Positions 27,525-36,994 of a DNA stretch of 57,292 nt are shown piece after piece. Both the position numbers and the translations under genes were made by a program. The notes beneath the pieces are model-generated. The model saw only the letters and a program-made list of their open reading frames with translations. It made no database searches and was not told where the DNA came from. The stretch is from Minisyncoccota bacterium (lineage in GTDB: Bacteria > Patescibacteriota > Minisyncoccia > Phycocordibacterales > Phycocordibacteraceae): positions 464,217-521,508 of the forward strand of contig DASPLI010000001.1 in the NCBI GenBank assembly GCA_035627655.1. The letters are read 5' to 3'. How positions within the stretch are numbered: the first letter of the stretch is position 1; the number at the start of each line of letters is the position of its first letter.

Positions 27525-27773
27525 ATGAACGAAGTCTCTGATTTTTTGATTCGCATTGAGCAGGCGATCCTCAATCCGATCATTACTCTCATCTCGCTTG
27601 CAGCGTTTTTGTACTTTATTTGGGGCGTCGTGCAGTTCATCCAGGCTGGCGCAACCGGCGGCGAGATGAAAGAAGACGGCAAGCGCCACATGCTCTGGGG
27701 CATCATTGGTCTTGCCATTATCTTTGGCGCGCGCGCCATCCTCGCGATCATCGCCCGATCTGCAGGTCTCTAG
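27525..27773 (+). CDS. VirB2-like pilin 6
   Basis: ATG 27525; two TM helices, loop EDGKRHMLWGIIG. Confidence 0.7.
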   Translation: MNEVSDFLIRIEQAILNPIITLISLAAFLYFIWGVVQFIQAGATGGEMKEDGKRHMLWGIIGLAIIFGARAILAIIARSAGL

Positions 27774-27855
27774 TGCTGGGGAGAGGACTCGAACCTCCAT
27801 GCCCGAAGGCGCTTGCTCCTAAGGCAAGTGCGTCTACCAATTTCGCCACCCCAGC
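27774..27855 (-). tRNA. tRNA-Leu (TAG)
   Basis: GCTGGGG acceptor, CTTGC-CTTAGGA-GCAAG anticodon arm, variable arm. Confidence 0.95.
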
Positions 27856-27983
27856 AATACGTCTAAGAATACACAGTAAGCGCTTCCTTGTCTCTACTGC
27901 TATATATTGACATATACATATAATATGTAGTAATATATTTGAACTGGACCTCTGCCATTTCGGCATGCCAGGGAGGGTATCGA

Positions 27984-28268
27984 ATGACCTTTCACTCGTC
28001 TGAAACCGTTCACGGCTATGCGATCCACGCCAATGCGAGCGTCGGCCTCTATCCAGAAATGGACGGCGAACTCATCGAGACGCTGCGCACTGCGTTCGGG
28101 CACGACCCGCGCGTCGCGACGATGCTCCAGGTCCGCTCCGCCGACGGCTGCGTGCCGATCGTGAGCCAATCCTTCGGCGCCATCCTGGCGAGCTATGACC
28201 AGCTCACCACCTGCCAGAAGCACGCCGTCGCCGAGCTGGCGCACTTTGAACGGATCGTCTGGCAATAA
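27984..28268 (+). CDS. Hypothetical protein inside tRNA cluster
   Basis: GGGAGG SD before ATG 27984; TTGACA/TAATAT promoter-like AT patch; terminator 28289-28316. Confidence 0.75.
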   Translation: MTFHSSETVHGYAIHANASVGLYPEMDGELIETLRTAFGHDPRVATMLQVRSADGCVPIVSQSFGAILASYDQLTTCQKHAVAELAHFERIVWQ

Positions 28269-28325
28269 GGCCGCGATCCTCTGACGACGAACGCCCCGCA
28301 TCACTGCGGGGCGTTCTTTCGTTTC

Positions 28326-28401
28326 TGGTCCGCCCACTTGGATTCGAACCAAGGACCAATCGCTTAAGAGGCGAGTGCTCTACCAGCTGAGCTATGGGCG
28401 G
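28326..28401 (-). tRNA. tRNA-Lys (CTT)
   Basis: Cloverleaf, anticodon CTT, encoded CCA. Confidence 0.95.
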
Positions 28402-28452
28402 ATACCTATGGATACTATAAGGCAACCAGTGTTTTTTCAACTGACACCTGTG

Positions 28453-28536
28453 TGCCGAGGGTGGGACTCGAACCCACACGACATTGCTGTCTGAGGTGTT
28501 TAAGACCTCTATGTCTACCAGTTCCATCACCTCGGC
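28453..28536 (-). tRNA. tRNA-Leu (TAA)
   Basis: GAGGT-CTTAAAC-ACCTC anticodon arm, variable arm. Confidence 0.93.
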
Positions 28537-28549
28537 AAGATACTGCTTG

Positions 28550-28621
28550 AGGCCCGAGCGGGAATTGAACCCGCGCATGGGAGTTTTGCAGACTCCTGCG
28601 TTACCACTTCGCCATCGGGCC
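28550..28621 (-). tRNA. tRNA-Cys (GCA)
   Basis: GGCCCGA acceptor, anticodon GCA, U73. Confidence 0.95.
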
Positions 28622-28661
28622 GATAGGCGCATACTAGCGCACTTAGGCTAAATACGCATCG

Positions 28662-28994
28662 CTAGCCTTCGCGGATTTGTCGGGAGATATCGTCTAAGTG
28701 CTGGCGATGTTTCTCGCCAAGATCTGCCTCGAATCGAACACGCGGGAGGAATGAAAAGCGCGCTTCCTTCTTAATGAATGAACGAAAGTCGTCTGCATGG
28801 CGGGTCAGAAACTCAACCGCGTGCTCGGTATCAGCGTCCGGAAATACGCTTACGTACACGGTAGCGTTTTTTCGATCAGGAGAGACATCGGCTCGGGTAG
28901 GCGTGATGAGCGTTTGTCGTCCCGCCTCGCGGGCAATGTATTCAGCCGCAAGGTGAACGAGGAGGGAGGCGGCTTTGTCGTCACGGACGCTCAT
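28662..28994 (-). CDS. rbfA: Ribosome-binding factor A
   Basis: VSPDRKNATVYVSV, FLPRVRFEAD; coupled to infB. Confidence 0.88.
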   Translation of the reverse strand: MSVRDDKAASLLVHLAAEYIAREAGRQTLITPTRADVSPDRKNATVYVSVFPDADTEHAVEFLTRHADDFRSFIKKEARFSFLPRVRFEADLGEKHRQHLDDISRQIREG

Positions 28995-30469
28995 GATTCA
29001 ACAACGCGGAACGCGTGCAGCTCATCTCCCGGCGCAATTTCCGTCTTCGTCTCAACCTGTAGGCCGAACTCTCCTTCCACGTGGATTTCCTGCACGTCGG
29101 CACGAGCGACCTGAAGGTTGAGGATCTTGCCGGTCGCAAGCTCAATGCCGCGACGCATAATCTTTACTCGGTCACTTACCGAGAACGCTCCGCTCAGGTA
29201 GCGAGCGCCAAGGACCTGCTTTGCACCCGCTGTACTGAAAGCCTTCAGTACTTTCATAGTGCCAACCACCTCCTCGGTCTTTATGCGCGGTGCGCGTTCA
29301 ATAAGGAGTGTTTTCACGCGCTCCTCAAGTTCATAAATAATAGTGAATGACTCGATCGGTACATTAGCGCGGAGTGCGAGATCTCCGGCAAGCGCATCAA
29401 CCGATACATGAAAGGCAATCACCATACCGCCTCCTGTCTGCGCCGTCTTCACGTCTCCTTCGGTGACGCTGCCAACTCCCGTGCTAATGAGTTTAATAGC
29501 GACTCGCTCATGCGTCATGCGGCCGATGAGGTTGGCGATAGCTTCAATGCTTCCGGTGACGTCTGCCTTGAGTACAACTGGCAGTATGACTTTGCCGTTC
29601 TCCTCGCTTGCTGTGCGTGTTGGAAGTGGCTTTGCTGCGCCATCACTTGCGAGCTTCTCCGCTTCTTTTTTAGAGGCAACAGTCGTGAATTCCTGACCAG
29701 CGGTCGGCAGCGTATTCCATCCGGACACGGACACGGGTTCAGAAGGCCCGGCGCTTGGAGTGCGCTTGCCCTGGAAGTCTTCAATAAAGCGGACTGGGGC
29801 ATACGCCTGGCCTGCAACAACAAAGGCGCCAGTTGTAAGCGTGCCGTTCTTAATAATGAGTGTTGCAGAAATGCCGCGCTTCGGGTCCTGTGAGGACTCA
29901 AGCACGAAGCCAGATGCCGGAAGCGTCACGTCTGCGGTGAGTTCGGCAAGGTCGGCGGTCAGCAGTACCAAATCAAGCAATTCCGGGATGCCCTGGCCGG
30001 ACTTAGAGGAGACGCCAGCAAACGGAATATTACCGCCAAGACCCTCAAGGTAGATGCCAGCTTCCAGTGCGGAAATCTTTGCCTTCTCAACGTCTGCGCC
30101 GTTCTTGTCGACTTTCGTGAAGGCAACGACGAATGGAATACCAGCTTCTGTAATTTCGCTAAAGGCCTCAGCCGTCTGCGGCTTTACGCCTTCGTCTGCA
30201 GCAATGACCAGAATCGCGATATCTGCCGCTGCGGCGCCGCGAGCACGGAGCGCCTTGAAGGCTTCATGGCCCGGAGTGTCGAGGAAGGTGATGCGGCGCA
30301 GTTTTCCTTCGTGTTCATGCTCAGCAACATATGCTGAGACGTGCTGGGTGATGCCTCCGGCTTCCGTTGCGGTAACGTTCGCCTTCCGGATGTAGTCCAG
30401 AAGAGAAGATTTTCCGTGGTCGATGTGGCCCATGACGGCAACGATCGGATGACGAGGCGCAACTGCCAT
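28991..30469 (-). CDS. infB: Translation initiation factor IF-2 (short form lacking N-terminal extension)
   Basis: [39 protein letters not shown]. Confidence 0.96.
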   Translation of the reverse strand: MAVAPRHPIVAVMGHIDHGKSSLLDYIRKANVTATEAGGITQHVSAYVAEHEHEGKLRRITFLDTPGHEAFKALRARGAAAADIAILVIAADEGVKPQTAEAFSEITEAGIPFVVAFTKVDKNGADVEKAKISALEAGIYLEGLGGNIPFAGVSSKSGQGIPELLDLVLLTADLAELTADVTLPASGFVLESSQDPKRGISATLIIKNGTLTTGAFVVAGQAYAPVRFIEDFQGKRTPSAGPSEPVSVSGWNTLPTAGQEFTTVASKKEAEKLASDGAAKPLPTRTASEENGKVILPVVLKADVTGSIEAIANLIGRMTHERVAIKLISTGVGSVTEGDVKTAQTGGGMVIAFHVSVDALAGDLALRANVPIESFTIIYELEERVKTLLIERAPRIKTEEVVGTMKVLKAFSTAGAKQVLGARYLSGAFSVSDRVKIMRRGIELATGKILNLQVARADVQEIHVEGEFGLQVETKTEIAPGDELHAFRVVES

Positions 30470-30546
30470 ATGCTAAGGAGTACATCATGATAGAGGTCTC
30501 TTTGCAATGAAGCGGCCGTCCGACAGTGTGTCGAACGGCCGCAGAA

Positions 30547-30807
30547 TTAGAAGATTCGCGTGCGATAGCCGAAGAGCATGAGTGTACGGGCCAAGAGCCC
30601 GAACAAAAAGTACGTGAGTACCGACGCAACGCCGGTCTCTACTTTTCCTTGGTAAAAGGCGTATGCCCCGACCACCGCAATCCAGAATCCGAAGATGGCA
30701 ATAACGGGCCCCATCGGCCAGACGGCCGGGTGGGTTCCGCGGATGGTTTCTCGAAATGCAGAGATGGGGTAGACGACCCATCCACACACAAAGAGCAGTC
30801 AAGACAT
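30547..30807 (-). pseudogene. Small membrane protein gene with in-frame TGA at codon 3 (or shorter gene from GTG 30789)
   Basis: GGAGG-N9-ATG TCT TGA CTG CTC TTT GTG..., same frame as 30547..30789 ORF. Confidence 0.5.
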
Positions 30808-30883
30808 GGTATGCGTCCTCCGTTTTATCCGGCCTGCACCTTAGCACGTGCAGCTGATGCTGTCATCGCGTAGGATACGGTTT

Positions 30884-32017
30884 ATGGGACGCAGCTACCT
30901 TGATCATGCCGCAAGCACCCCAGTCCTCCCGGCAGCGCGACGGGCATTTCTGCGTGCACTTCGGGTGCCAGGGAATCCAAGCTCTCCACATACGGAAGGC
31001 AGGGAGGCGAAGGAGTTGCTTGAGGGGGCGCGTAGAGCGATAGCCAAGCTTGCCGGTATGAAGCGTGAACAGGTGGTGTTTACCGGCAGCGCGACGGAAG
31101 CCAACAATCTTGCGATTGCTGGGCATGTAGCCGCATCTTTGCGCAAGCATGTGCTCTATATGGATGGTGCACACGCGTCTATCGTTGAGACTGCGCAATC
31201 TCTCGCCGGCGAAGCTATTCCTTTAAAGGAAGGAGCGCTTGATATGGTCGCGCTGCGGCGCATGATCCGGCCAGACACGACATTAGTGTCAGTCGAAGCA
31301 GTATCTTCAGAAACCGGGCTTCGTGTCGATACCCGGGCAGTGCGCGAAGTGCTCGACGAGGTGCATGCTGCTGGAGGCCCCCGTATTTACCTGCATGTGG
31401 ATGCAAGCCAGCTGCCGCTCATTGAGTCGTTTGAGCGGACGCGTCTTGGCGCCGACCTTATCACGCTAGATGCGCAGAAGGTGGGCGGGGTGCGCGGAAT
31501 CGGCACACTCTTGATAACACCGCTGGTGCCGCTTGCTTCTGTCATACAGGGCGGTGGGCAGGAGCGTGGGCTTCGTTCGGGCACGCCAAGTCCCGCGCTT
31601 GCCGCTGCATTTGCCGCAGCGCTCGAGCAGGGAGCTCCTCGACGGTCTGGTTTTCAAAAGCGGGCAGAGAAACTTCGAGCGCTTGTATGCGAGGAGATAA
31701 AAAAGATTCCGAACTGTATTCTAAACGAAGGACGAGATCAGGCGGCGCACATCATAAACTTCTCACTCATTGGTCGAGATACTGACTATCTCGCAACACT
31801 CTTGGATGCCGACGGGATCGCTGTTTCCACCAAGAGCGCTTGCGAGACGGACGCTGAAGCAGGGTCGCGGGCGGTATTTGCCTTGACGGGGGATGCGGTA
31901 CGTACCCAATCAACGATCCGTGTATCGTTTGGACCGACGACTGCAGAAGGGGAGGTACGACGCTTCCTCAAAGCGCTGCAGGCGCGCGTCGCCTTCCTCG
32001 ACCACGCATCGCTTTGA
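30884..32017 (+). CDS. iscS: Cysteine desulfurase, IscS/NifS family
   Basis: YLDHAAST, DAQKVGG (PLP Lys), RSGT, STKSAC (catalytic Cys). Confidence 0.9.
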   Translation: MGRSYLDHAASTPVLPAARRAFLRALRVPGNPSSPHTEGREAKELLEGARRAIAKLAGMKREQVVFTGSATEANNLAIAGHVAASLRKHVLYMDGAHASIVETAQSLAGEAIPLKEGALDMVALRRMIRPDTTLVSVEAVSSETGLRVDTRAVREVLDEVHAAGGPRIYLHVDASQLPLIESFERTRLGADLITLDAQKVGGVRGIGTLLITPLVPLASVIQGGGQERGLRSGTPSPALAAAFAAALEQGAPRRSGFQKRAEKLRALVCEEIKKIPNCILNEGRDQAAHIINFSLIGRDTDYLATLLDADGIAVSTKSACETDAEAGSRAVFALTGDAVRTQSTIRVSFGPTTAEGEVRRFLKALQARVAFLDHASL

Positions 32018-32033
32018 TGCTATACTGCGATTG

Positions 32034-32756
32034 ATGGATATCGAGGACCTCTCAAAGTCGCAGCTCCTCCTCCTGACGATTCTGGTGAATTTCGTCGTGT
32101 CGATTGCAACAGGAGTGATGACCATTTCTCTGTTGGATGAAGCACCGACGACCGTAACGCAGACCGTCAATCGAATTGTTGACCACACGATTGAAACCGT
32201 TACGACCCAGGTTCCGGTCATAGGCAGTAGCGAAGACAAGGCACCGACGACCGAAGAGCTGCTCACGGCTGCGATTGCGGCTAACGTCGCTCGAACCGTC
32301 ACGCTTTCGCGCGCAGGCACCAGCGGCATGCTTGCAACCGGCGTCTTCCTGCCCGATGCTCGCGCGGTCGTCAGCGTTTCCGATGATCTACCGGCAGTCG
32401 TAAAGGTTACGTTCAGCGATGGCACTGAAGCAGAGGCAACGAGGACAGGGAAGGAGGGCGGATTGGTGCGCTACGTCTTTGCCGCAGATGCCGCATTGCC
32501 GCAAGCTCCGTCCGCAAACCTGACCGATTCAAGCGCTCTCAAGCAGGGTCAGACTGTCATCGGGCTTTCAAGCGATCGAAGTGCAGTGACGAGTATCATT
32601 TCCCGGATAGACGAGAATGGCATCTATGCCGTCCTTCCCGGGGTACCGCAAGGAGCCGCCATCGTGAACCTCTCAGGATCCGTGGTCGGTATCAATGCTG
32701 GCGGTGTCTATCTTCCAGCTGAGCGCATCAAGACGTTTGTCGAACCGTCTCCGTAA
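32034..32756 (+). CDS. Membrane-anchored trypsin/HtrA-like pseudo-protease
   Basis: TM helix; ATGVFLPDARAVVSV, LKQGQTVIGL, GAAIVNLSGSVVGIN follow the S1C scaffold but lack catalytic His and Ser. Confidence 0.7.
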   Translation: MDIEDLSKSQLLLLTILVNFVVSIATGVMTISLLDEAPTTVTQTVNRIVDHTIETVTTQVPVIGSSEDKAPTTEELLTAAIAANVARTVTLSRAGTSGMLATGVFLPDARAVVSVSDDLPAVVKVTFSDGTEAEATRTGKEGGLVRYVFAADAALPQAPSANLTDSSALKQGQTVIGLSSDRSAVTSIISRIDENGIYAVLPGVPQGAAIVNLSGSVVGINAGGVYLPAERIKTFVEPSP

Positions 32757-32787
32757 CGCGCATTAGTTACTAATCGTCTGTATAACC

Positions 32788-35448
32788 ATGCCTCCCTTCC
32801 GTAACTTCACTGCAAAAGCCAAGGAAGCCATCCGTAAGGCTCACGAGCTTGCGATCGAACGTGGTCAGAACCATGTTTCGCCGCTCCATCTTTTGACTGC
32901 CCTCATCCATCAGGAGGAGAGCCTTGTCTTTTCTGTACTTGATCGCATGGACGTCGACACGGTTCTGCTTGCCGATACCCTGCTTGAAACTCTGGAAGCG
33001 CCAGAAACAAGTTCGACGCTCTCCCCTTCCTATCAGCTGTATTTGACCCCCGATCTTGCTGCAGCGCTTGAGTCTGCAGGGAAGGTTGCAACCCGGATGA
33101 ACGATTCGTTCATTGGTACCGAGCACCTCTTTGTCGCACTGCTTGAAAACCCAGGTCCAGCTGGAGAGATCATTTCTCGCTTTAAGATTGATAGCGAGAC
33201 GGTCATGGCCGTTCTCAAGGAACTGAAGGATGCAAAGGAAGGGCAGGTAGTCGAGCCGAAGCGCTTCCGCGCGCTTGCCAAGTACACGCGCAACCTCACC
33301 AAGCTTGCAAGCGAGAACGCGCTTGATCCGGTCATTGGCCGCGATCAGGAAATTCACCGCGTGATTCAGATCCTTTCGCGCCGCACCAAGAACAACCCGG
33401 TCCTCATTGGAGAAGCGGGCGTTGGTAAGACGGCAATTGCCGAAGGTCTTGCATCGCGCATTGCGCTTGGCGATGTTCCGGAATCTCTCAAGAACAAGGA
33501 ACTGCTTTCTCTCGACCTTGGTCTCATGATCGCTGGTACAAAGTATCGCGGTGAATTCGAGGAGCGCATGAAAACGGTTATGAAAGAAGTCGAGAAGGCA
33601 GAAGGAAAAGTCATTCTCTTTATCGATGAGCTCCATACGCTTGTTGGTGCGGGTGCCGCTGAAGGCGCGATGGATGCCTCAAACATGCTCAAGCCTGCGC
33701 TTGCTCGCGGCGAGATTCGCATTATCGGCGCAACCACCCTGAAGGAGTACCAGCAGCATATTGAAAAGGACACGGCACTCACCCGCCGTTTTCAGCCGGT
33801 ATATGTTCAGGAGCCATCTGTTGAGGATGCGACCGCTATTTTGCGCGGCCTTCGCGACAAGTACGAGCTCTTCCATGGCGTGCGTATCACCGACGGCGCA
33901 ATCGTCTCCGCAGTCGAGCTCTCAAGCCGCTACATTTCCGATCGTTTCCTTCCAGACAAGGCCATCGACCTTATCGATGAGGCCGCGTCTGGTCTCCGCA
34001 TCGCGCTTGAGAACAAGCCGCCCGTGCTTGAAGAGGCAGACCGCCGCATTCGCCGTCTTGAGATCGAACGCAAGGCGCTTGAGAAGGATCTTGGCGGAGA
34101 ACATGAGAAGGAGATTCGTGAACGACTCGATGCGATCGAAGAGGAATTTGCTGACCTCCAGGAGAAGACTGGCGAGCTGCAGCTGAAGTGGCAGAACGAA
34201 ATTGAAGTATTGCGAAGCATTCGCACGCTCAAGGAGGAGCTAGAGAAGTTGCGTGTTCAGGCAGATAACGCTGAGGCGATCGCTGACCTTGGCACGACTG
34301 CCGAGATCCGCTACGGCAAGATGCCAATCCTTCAGAAGGAGCTTGAAGCAAAGACCAAGCGCCTCAAGACGCTGCAGAAGTCCCGCCGTGTACTCCATGA
34401 GGAGGTTACGGAATCAGAGATTGCAGCTGTGGTTTCTCGCTGGACCGGTATTCCGGTATCTCGCATGCTTGAGGAAGAGGCAAGCAAGCTTGCGCGCATG
34501 GAAGAAGCGCTCAAAGAGGCAGTCATCGGGCAGGATCGCGCGGTGAAGGCCATTTCAGATGCAGTAAAGCGCTCTCGCGTCGGCATTGGAGATCCGAACC
34601 GTCCGATCGGCTCGTTCCTCTTCCTAGGCCCCACCGGTGTCGGTAAGACGGAGCTCTCCCGCAGGCTTGCAGAATTCATGTTCAACGACGCAAACGCGCT
34701 CGTTCGCGTCGACATGTCTGAGTTTATGGAGAAGCACTCAGTCGCCAAACTCATTGGCGCGCCTCCTGGCTACGTTGGGTACGAAGAAGCAGGGTCTCTT
34801 ACTGAGCGCATCCGCCATCGTCCGTACGCTGTCGTGCTGTTTGACGAAGTAGAGAAGGCGCATCCGGAAATCTTCAACATCCTGCTCCAGGTACTCGACT
34901 CTGGCCACCTGACTGACGGCAAGGGCAGGAAGGTGAACTTCAAGAACACCATCATTGTGCTCACCTCAAACATCGGTTCTGAGTTTATGGATCGCGCAGC
35001 CTCTATCGGCTTTGGTACGAGCGAGACGGATCGTGAGCAGATGCACGACAAGGTCATGAAGGCGCTCAAGGAGCACTTCCGTCCAGAGTTCCTCAATCGT
35101 CTCGATGACATCGTGATGTTTGAGGCGCTTGAAAAGGAGACGTTGATCGGCATTGTCGAGAATCAGGTGAAGGAGGTTATTGAACGCTTGGCCGGTAAAC
35201 GCATCACCCTCAACCTCTCACCTGAGGTCAAGGCCTGGCTTGCTGACGTGGGATATAACCCACAGTACGGCGCACGTCCTTTGAAGCGTGCTATCCAGGA
35301 TAAGATCCTTACCCCGATTGCAACGCTCATGGTCGGCCAGGGGGTTATGGAAGGTGGAACTGTTTCCGTCACCATGAAGAACGGAGAGCCGCACTTTGAG
35401 GTCCGTAAGAGCGTCTCTCGCCCTCGTAAGGCCACCGCTGCCAAGTAA
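32788..35448 (+). CDS. clpB: Hsp100 AAA+ chaperone, ClpB-type with IGF loop
   Basis: Two NBDs ([16 protein letters not shown]), KYRG and GYVG pore loops, full-length M domain with EIRYG, IGF at 35005-35013. Confidence 0.93.
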   Translation: MPPFRNFTAKAKEAIRKAHELAIERGQNHVSPLHLLTALIHQEESLVFSVLDRMDVDTVLLADTLLETLEAPETSSTLSPSYQLYLTPDLAAALESAGKVATRMNDSFIGTEHLFVALLENPGPAGEIISRFKIDSETVMAVLKELKDAKEGQVVEPKRFRALAKYTRNLTKLASENALDPVIGRDQEIHRVIQILSRRTKNNPVLIGEAGVGKTAIAEGLASRIALGDVPESLKNKELLSLDLGLMIAGTKYRGEFEERMKTVMKEVEKAEGKVILFIDELHTLVGAGAAEGAMDASNMLKPALARGEIRIIGATTLKEYQQHIEKDTALTRRFQPVYVQEPSVEDATAILRGLRDKYELFHGVRITDGAIVSAVELSSRYISDRFLPDKAIDLIDEAASGLRIALENKPPVLEEADRRIRRLEIERKALEKDLGGEHEKEIRERLDAIEEEFADLQEKTGELQLKWQNEIEVLRSIRTLKEELEKLRVQADNAEAIADLGTTAEIRYGKMPILQKELEAKTKRLKTLQKSRRVLHEEVTESEIAAVVSRWTGIPVSRMLEEEASKLARMEEALKEAVIGQDRAVKAISDAVKRSRVGIGDPNRPIGSFLFLGPTGVGKTELSRRLAEFMFNDANALVRVDMSEFMEKHSVAKLIGAPPGYVGYEEAGSLTERIRHRPYAVVLFDEVEKAHPEIFNILLQVLDSGHLTDGKGRKVNFKNTIIVLTSNIGSEFMDRAASIGFGTSETDREQMHDKVMKALKEHFRPEFLNRLDDIVMFEALEKETLIGIVENQVKEVIERLAGKRITLNLSPEVKAWLADVGYNPQYGARPLKRAIQDKILTPIATLMVGQGVMEGGTVSVTMKNGEPHFEVRKSVSRPRKATAAK

Positions 35449-35486
35449 GGTTGCTCAAACCGGGTATTCCTGGTAGATTTGCCCCT

Positions 35487-35642
35487 ATGTCGCAGGACCA
35501 CCTTATCAAGCTCAAGTCGACGAAGTCCGACCACGTCTACTTTACCCGCAAGAACCGCAAGAAGGTTGAGCGGAAGATCGAGCTCAAGAAATACGATCCA
35601 ACCACGCGTAAGCGCGAAATTTACAAGGAAACGAAGAAGTAA
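35487..35642 (+). CDS. rpmG: 50S ribosomal protein L33 (Cys-free form)
   Basis: YFTRKNRK, IELKKYDP; terminator 35648-35665. Confidence 0.95.
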   Translation: MSQDHLIKLKSTKSDHVYFTRKNRKKVERKIELKKYDPTTRKREIYKETKK

Positions 35643-35721
35643 GCACGAAGCCCCGAAAGGGGCTTTTGCTTTTTCCAAATATAGTGTTACGGTTGTGCCG
35701 GGCTAGAAACGAGAGGTGTAC

Positions 35722-36216
35722 ATGTTTCTAAAGCGCTTTCTACCAAAAGACGCGCATACGAAGGAGGTTGAGCGGGCCGTCGAGACCATCTCCTGGATGG
35801 TGTCCTGCGAGCTTCAAGAAGTTCAAATGCTTCGCAAAGGCTTCAGTGAAGCTAAGCGAATCGATTCGATCTTCCTCAGTCCTCTGAAGTGGCTCGCGGT
35901 TGCCAATCCCGCCATCTTCCGCTTGAGCCAGGTGATCAACCTGGGGGCGCATGAAGAAGCCTTGGCTTGGGCTGCGGCAGATCTTCGCGTGCTCCAGAAG
36001 AAGATCAAGCAACGGAACTGGCGGCGGATGATTGAGTACCTCGACGCGCGCCTCAAGCTTATGAATGAACGTTTTGACTGGGCAACACACCGTGAAGACG
36101 GTGTTACCCCGCAAGAAGCGGTTCAAGCTAAGTTTGAAACCGAACGCGAGATCCGATCTTGTATTGCCGCACTCAAGCGGCAGTACGAAAAGGATAAGGG
36201 TCACCCGTATCAGTAA
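35722..36216 (+). CDS. Hypothetical helical protein
   Basis: GAGG SD, about 164 aa ORF. Confidence 0.7.
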   Translation: MFLKRFLPKDAHTKEVERAVETISWMVSCELQEVQMLRKGFSEAKRIDSIFLSPLKWLAVANPAIFRLSQVINLGAHEEALAWAAADLRVLQKKIKQRNWRRMIEYLDARLKLMNERFDWATHREDGVTPQEAVQAKFETEREIRSCIAALKRQYEKDKGHPYQ

Positions 36217-36310
36217 CTAAGAAGCCGAAACCGGAAACGGGAGTAGGCTTTTTCTATTGAATAATGACTGTCCTTATTTCTGGGTTGCATGCCGTTAGAA
36301 GGGCTCTAGA

Positions 36311-36772
36311 ATGAAGTGTATGAACATGGAAAAACCAAAAAGTACAAAAGTGTCGGGTTGGAGGGCTGCACTCGGAGCGATAGGGGTTGCTGCTGTGGGT
36401 GCGGGAGTCGTTCACGAGATAGAAAGTGCAGGGAACAGACAGAGCCATGAGATTCATGCCGTTGAAGCTTTGCGCCAAGGGGTGGAAACAACCGGCAGAC
36501 TTATAAGCATCAGCGATGTTGAACCAATGGTGCAGACATACGATGATGAGGCGGGTGTAACCAGAGAACGAACCGTACCTGTACGATATGTGGTAGTTGA
36601 AATAAACGGAGAGGAGGTACGCGGCAGACTTCATGCAGACATGCTGCAGGATGGCGACTATGAATCACAGCAGCCAGTAACCGTACGCTACTCAGAATTT
36701 CCAGATCCGAGTAATCCGGGCAAGGTGTCTATTTCTATTGAAAGCGTAAATAGTTTGACTCAAGGATCGTAA
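36311..36772 (+). CDS. TM-anchored protein with small beta-barrel (DUF3592-like)
   Basis: N-terminal TM, VETTG...VTVRYS..PSNP pattern; 15 bp hairpin 36797-36831. Confidence 0.65.
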   Translation: MKCMNMEKPKSTKVSGWRAALGAIGVAAVGAGVVHEIESAGNRQSHEIHAVEALRQGVETTGRLISISDVEPMVQTYDDEAGVTRERTVPVRYVVVEINGEEVRGRLHADMLQDGDYESQQPVTVRYSEFPDPSNPGKVSISIESVNSLTQGS

Positions 36773-36844
36773 CTACAGAAGTTGCCTGTAGAAACGAAGC
36801 ACAGACTCCGGGGAATCCGGAGTCTGTGCTTTAAGTTTCGAATG

Positions 36845-36915
36845 CGGGCCCACGAGGAATCGAACCTCGACTAACGGTTTTGGAGACCGTTGTTCTACCG
36901 TTAAACTATAGGCCC
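36845..36915 (-). tRNA. tRNA-Trp (CCA)
   Basis: ACGGT-CTCCAAA-ACCGT anticodon arm, G73. Confidence 0.95.
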
Positions 36916-36994
36916 TACGGCTAAAACCATAGCAGATTCGGCCCTGTGGGGAAAGCAGCGCTTGCCGCTTCATCCTGGCTCTATACTGAAGGGT

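Noticed and set aside
25800-27773. Conjugative element or ICE
   Set aside because: Pilin-like genes only; no VirB4, coupling protein or relaxase; backbone-like composition
28204-28632. ORFs over tRNA genes (also 5492-5677, 53344-53628, 36773-36973)
   Set aside because: Translations of tRNA sequence
30799-30801. TGA recoding (genetic code 25 or selenocysteine)
   Set aside because: gyrA, clpB and topA are full length under the standard code, TGA ends infB and lepB, and the context is a TM segment, not a redox site
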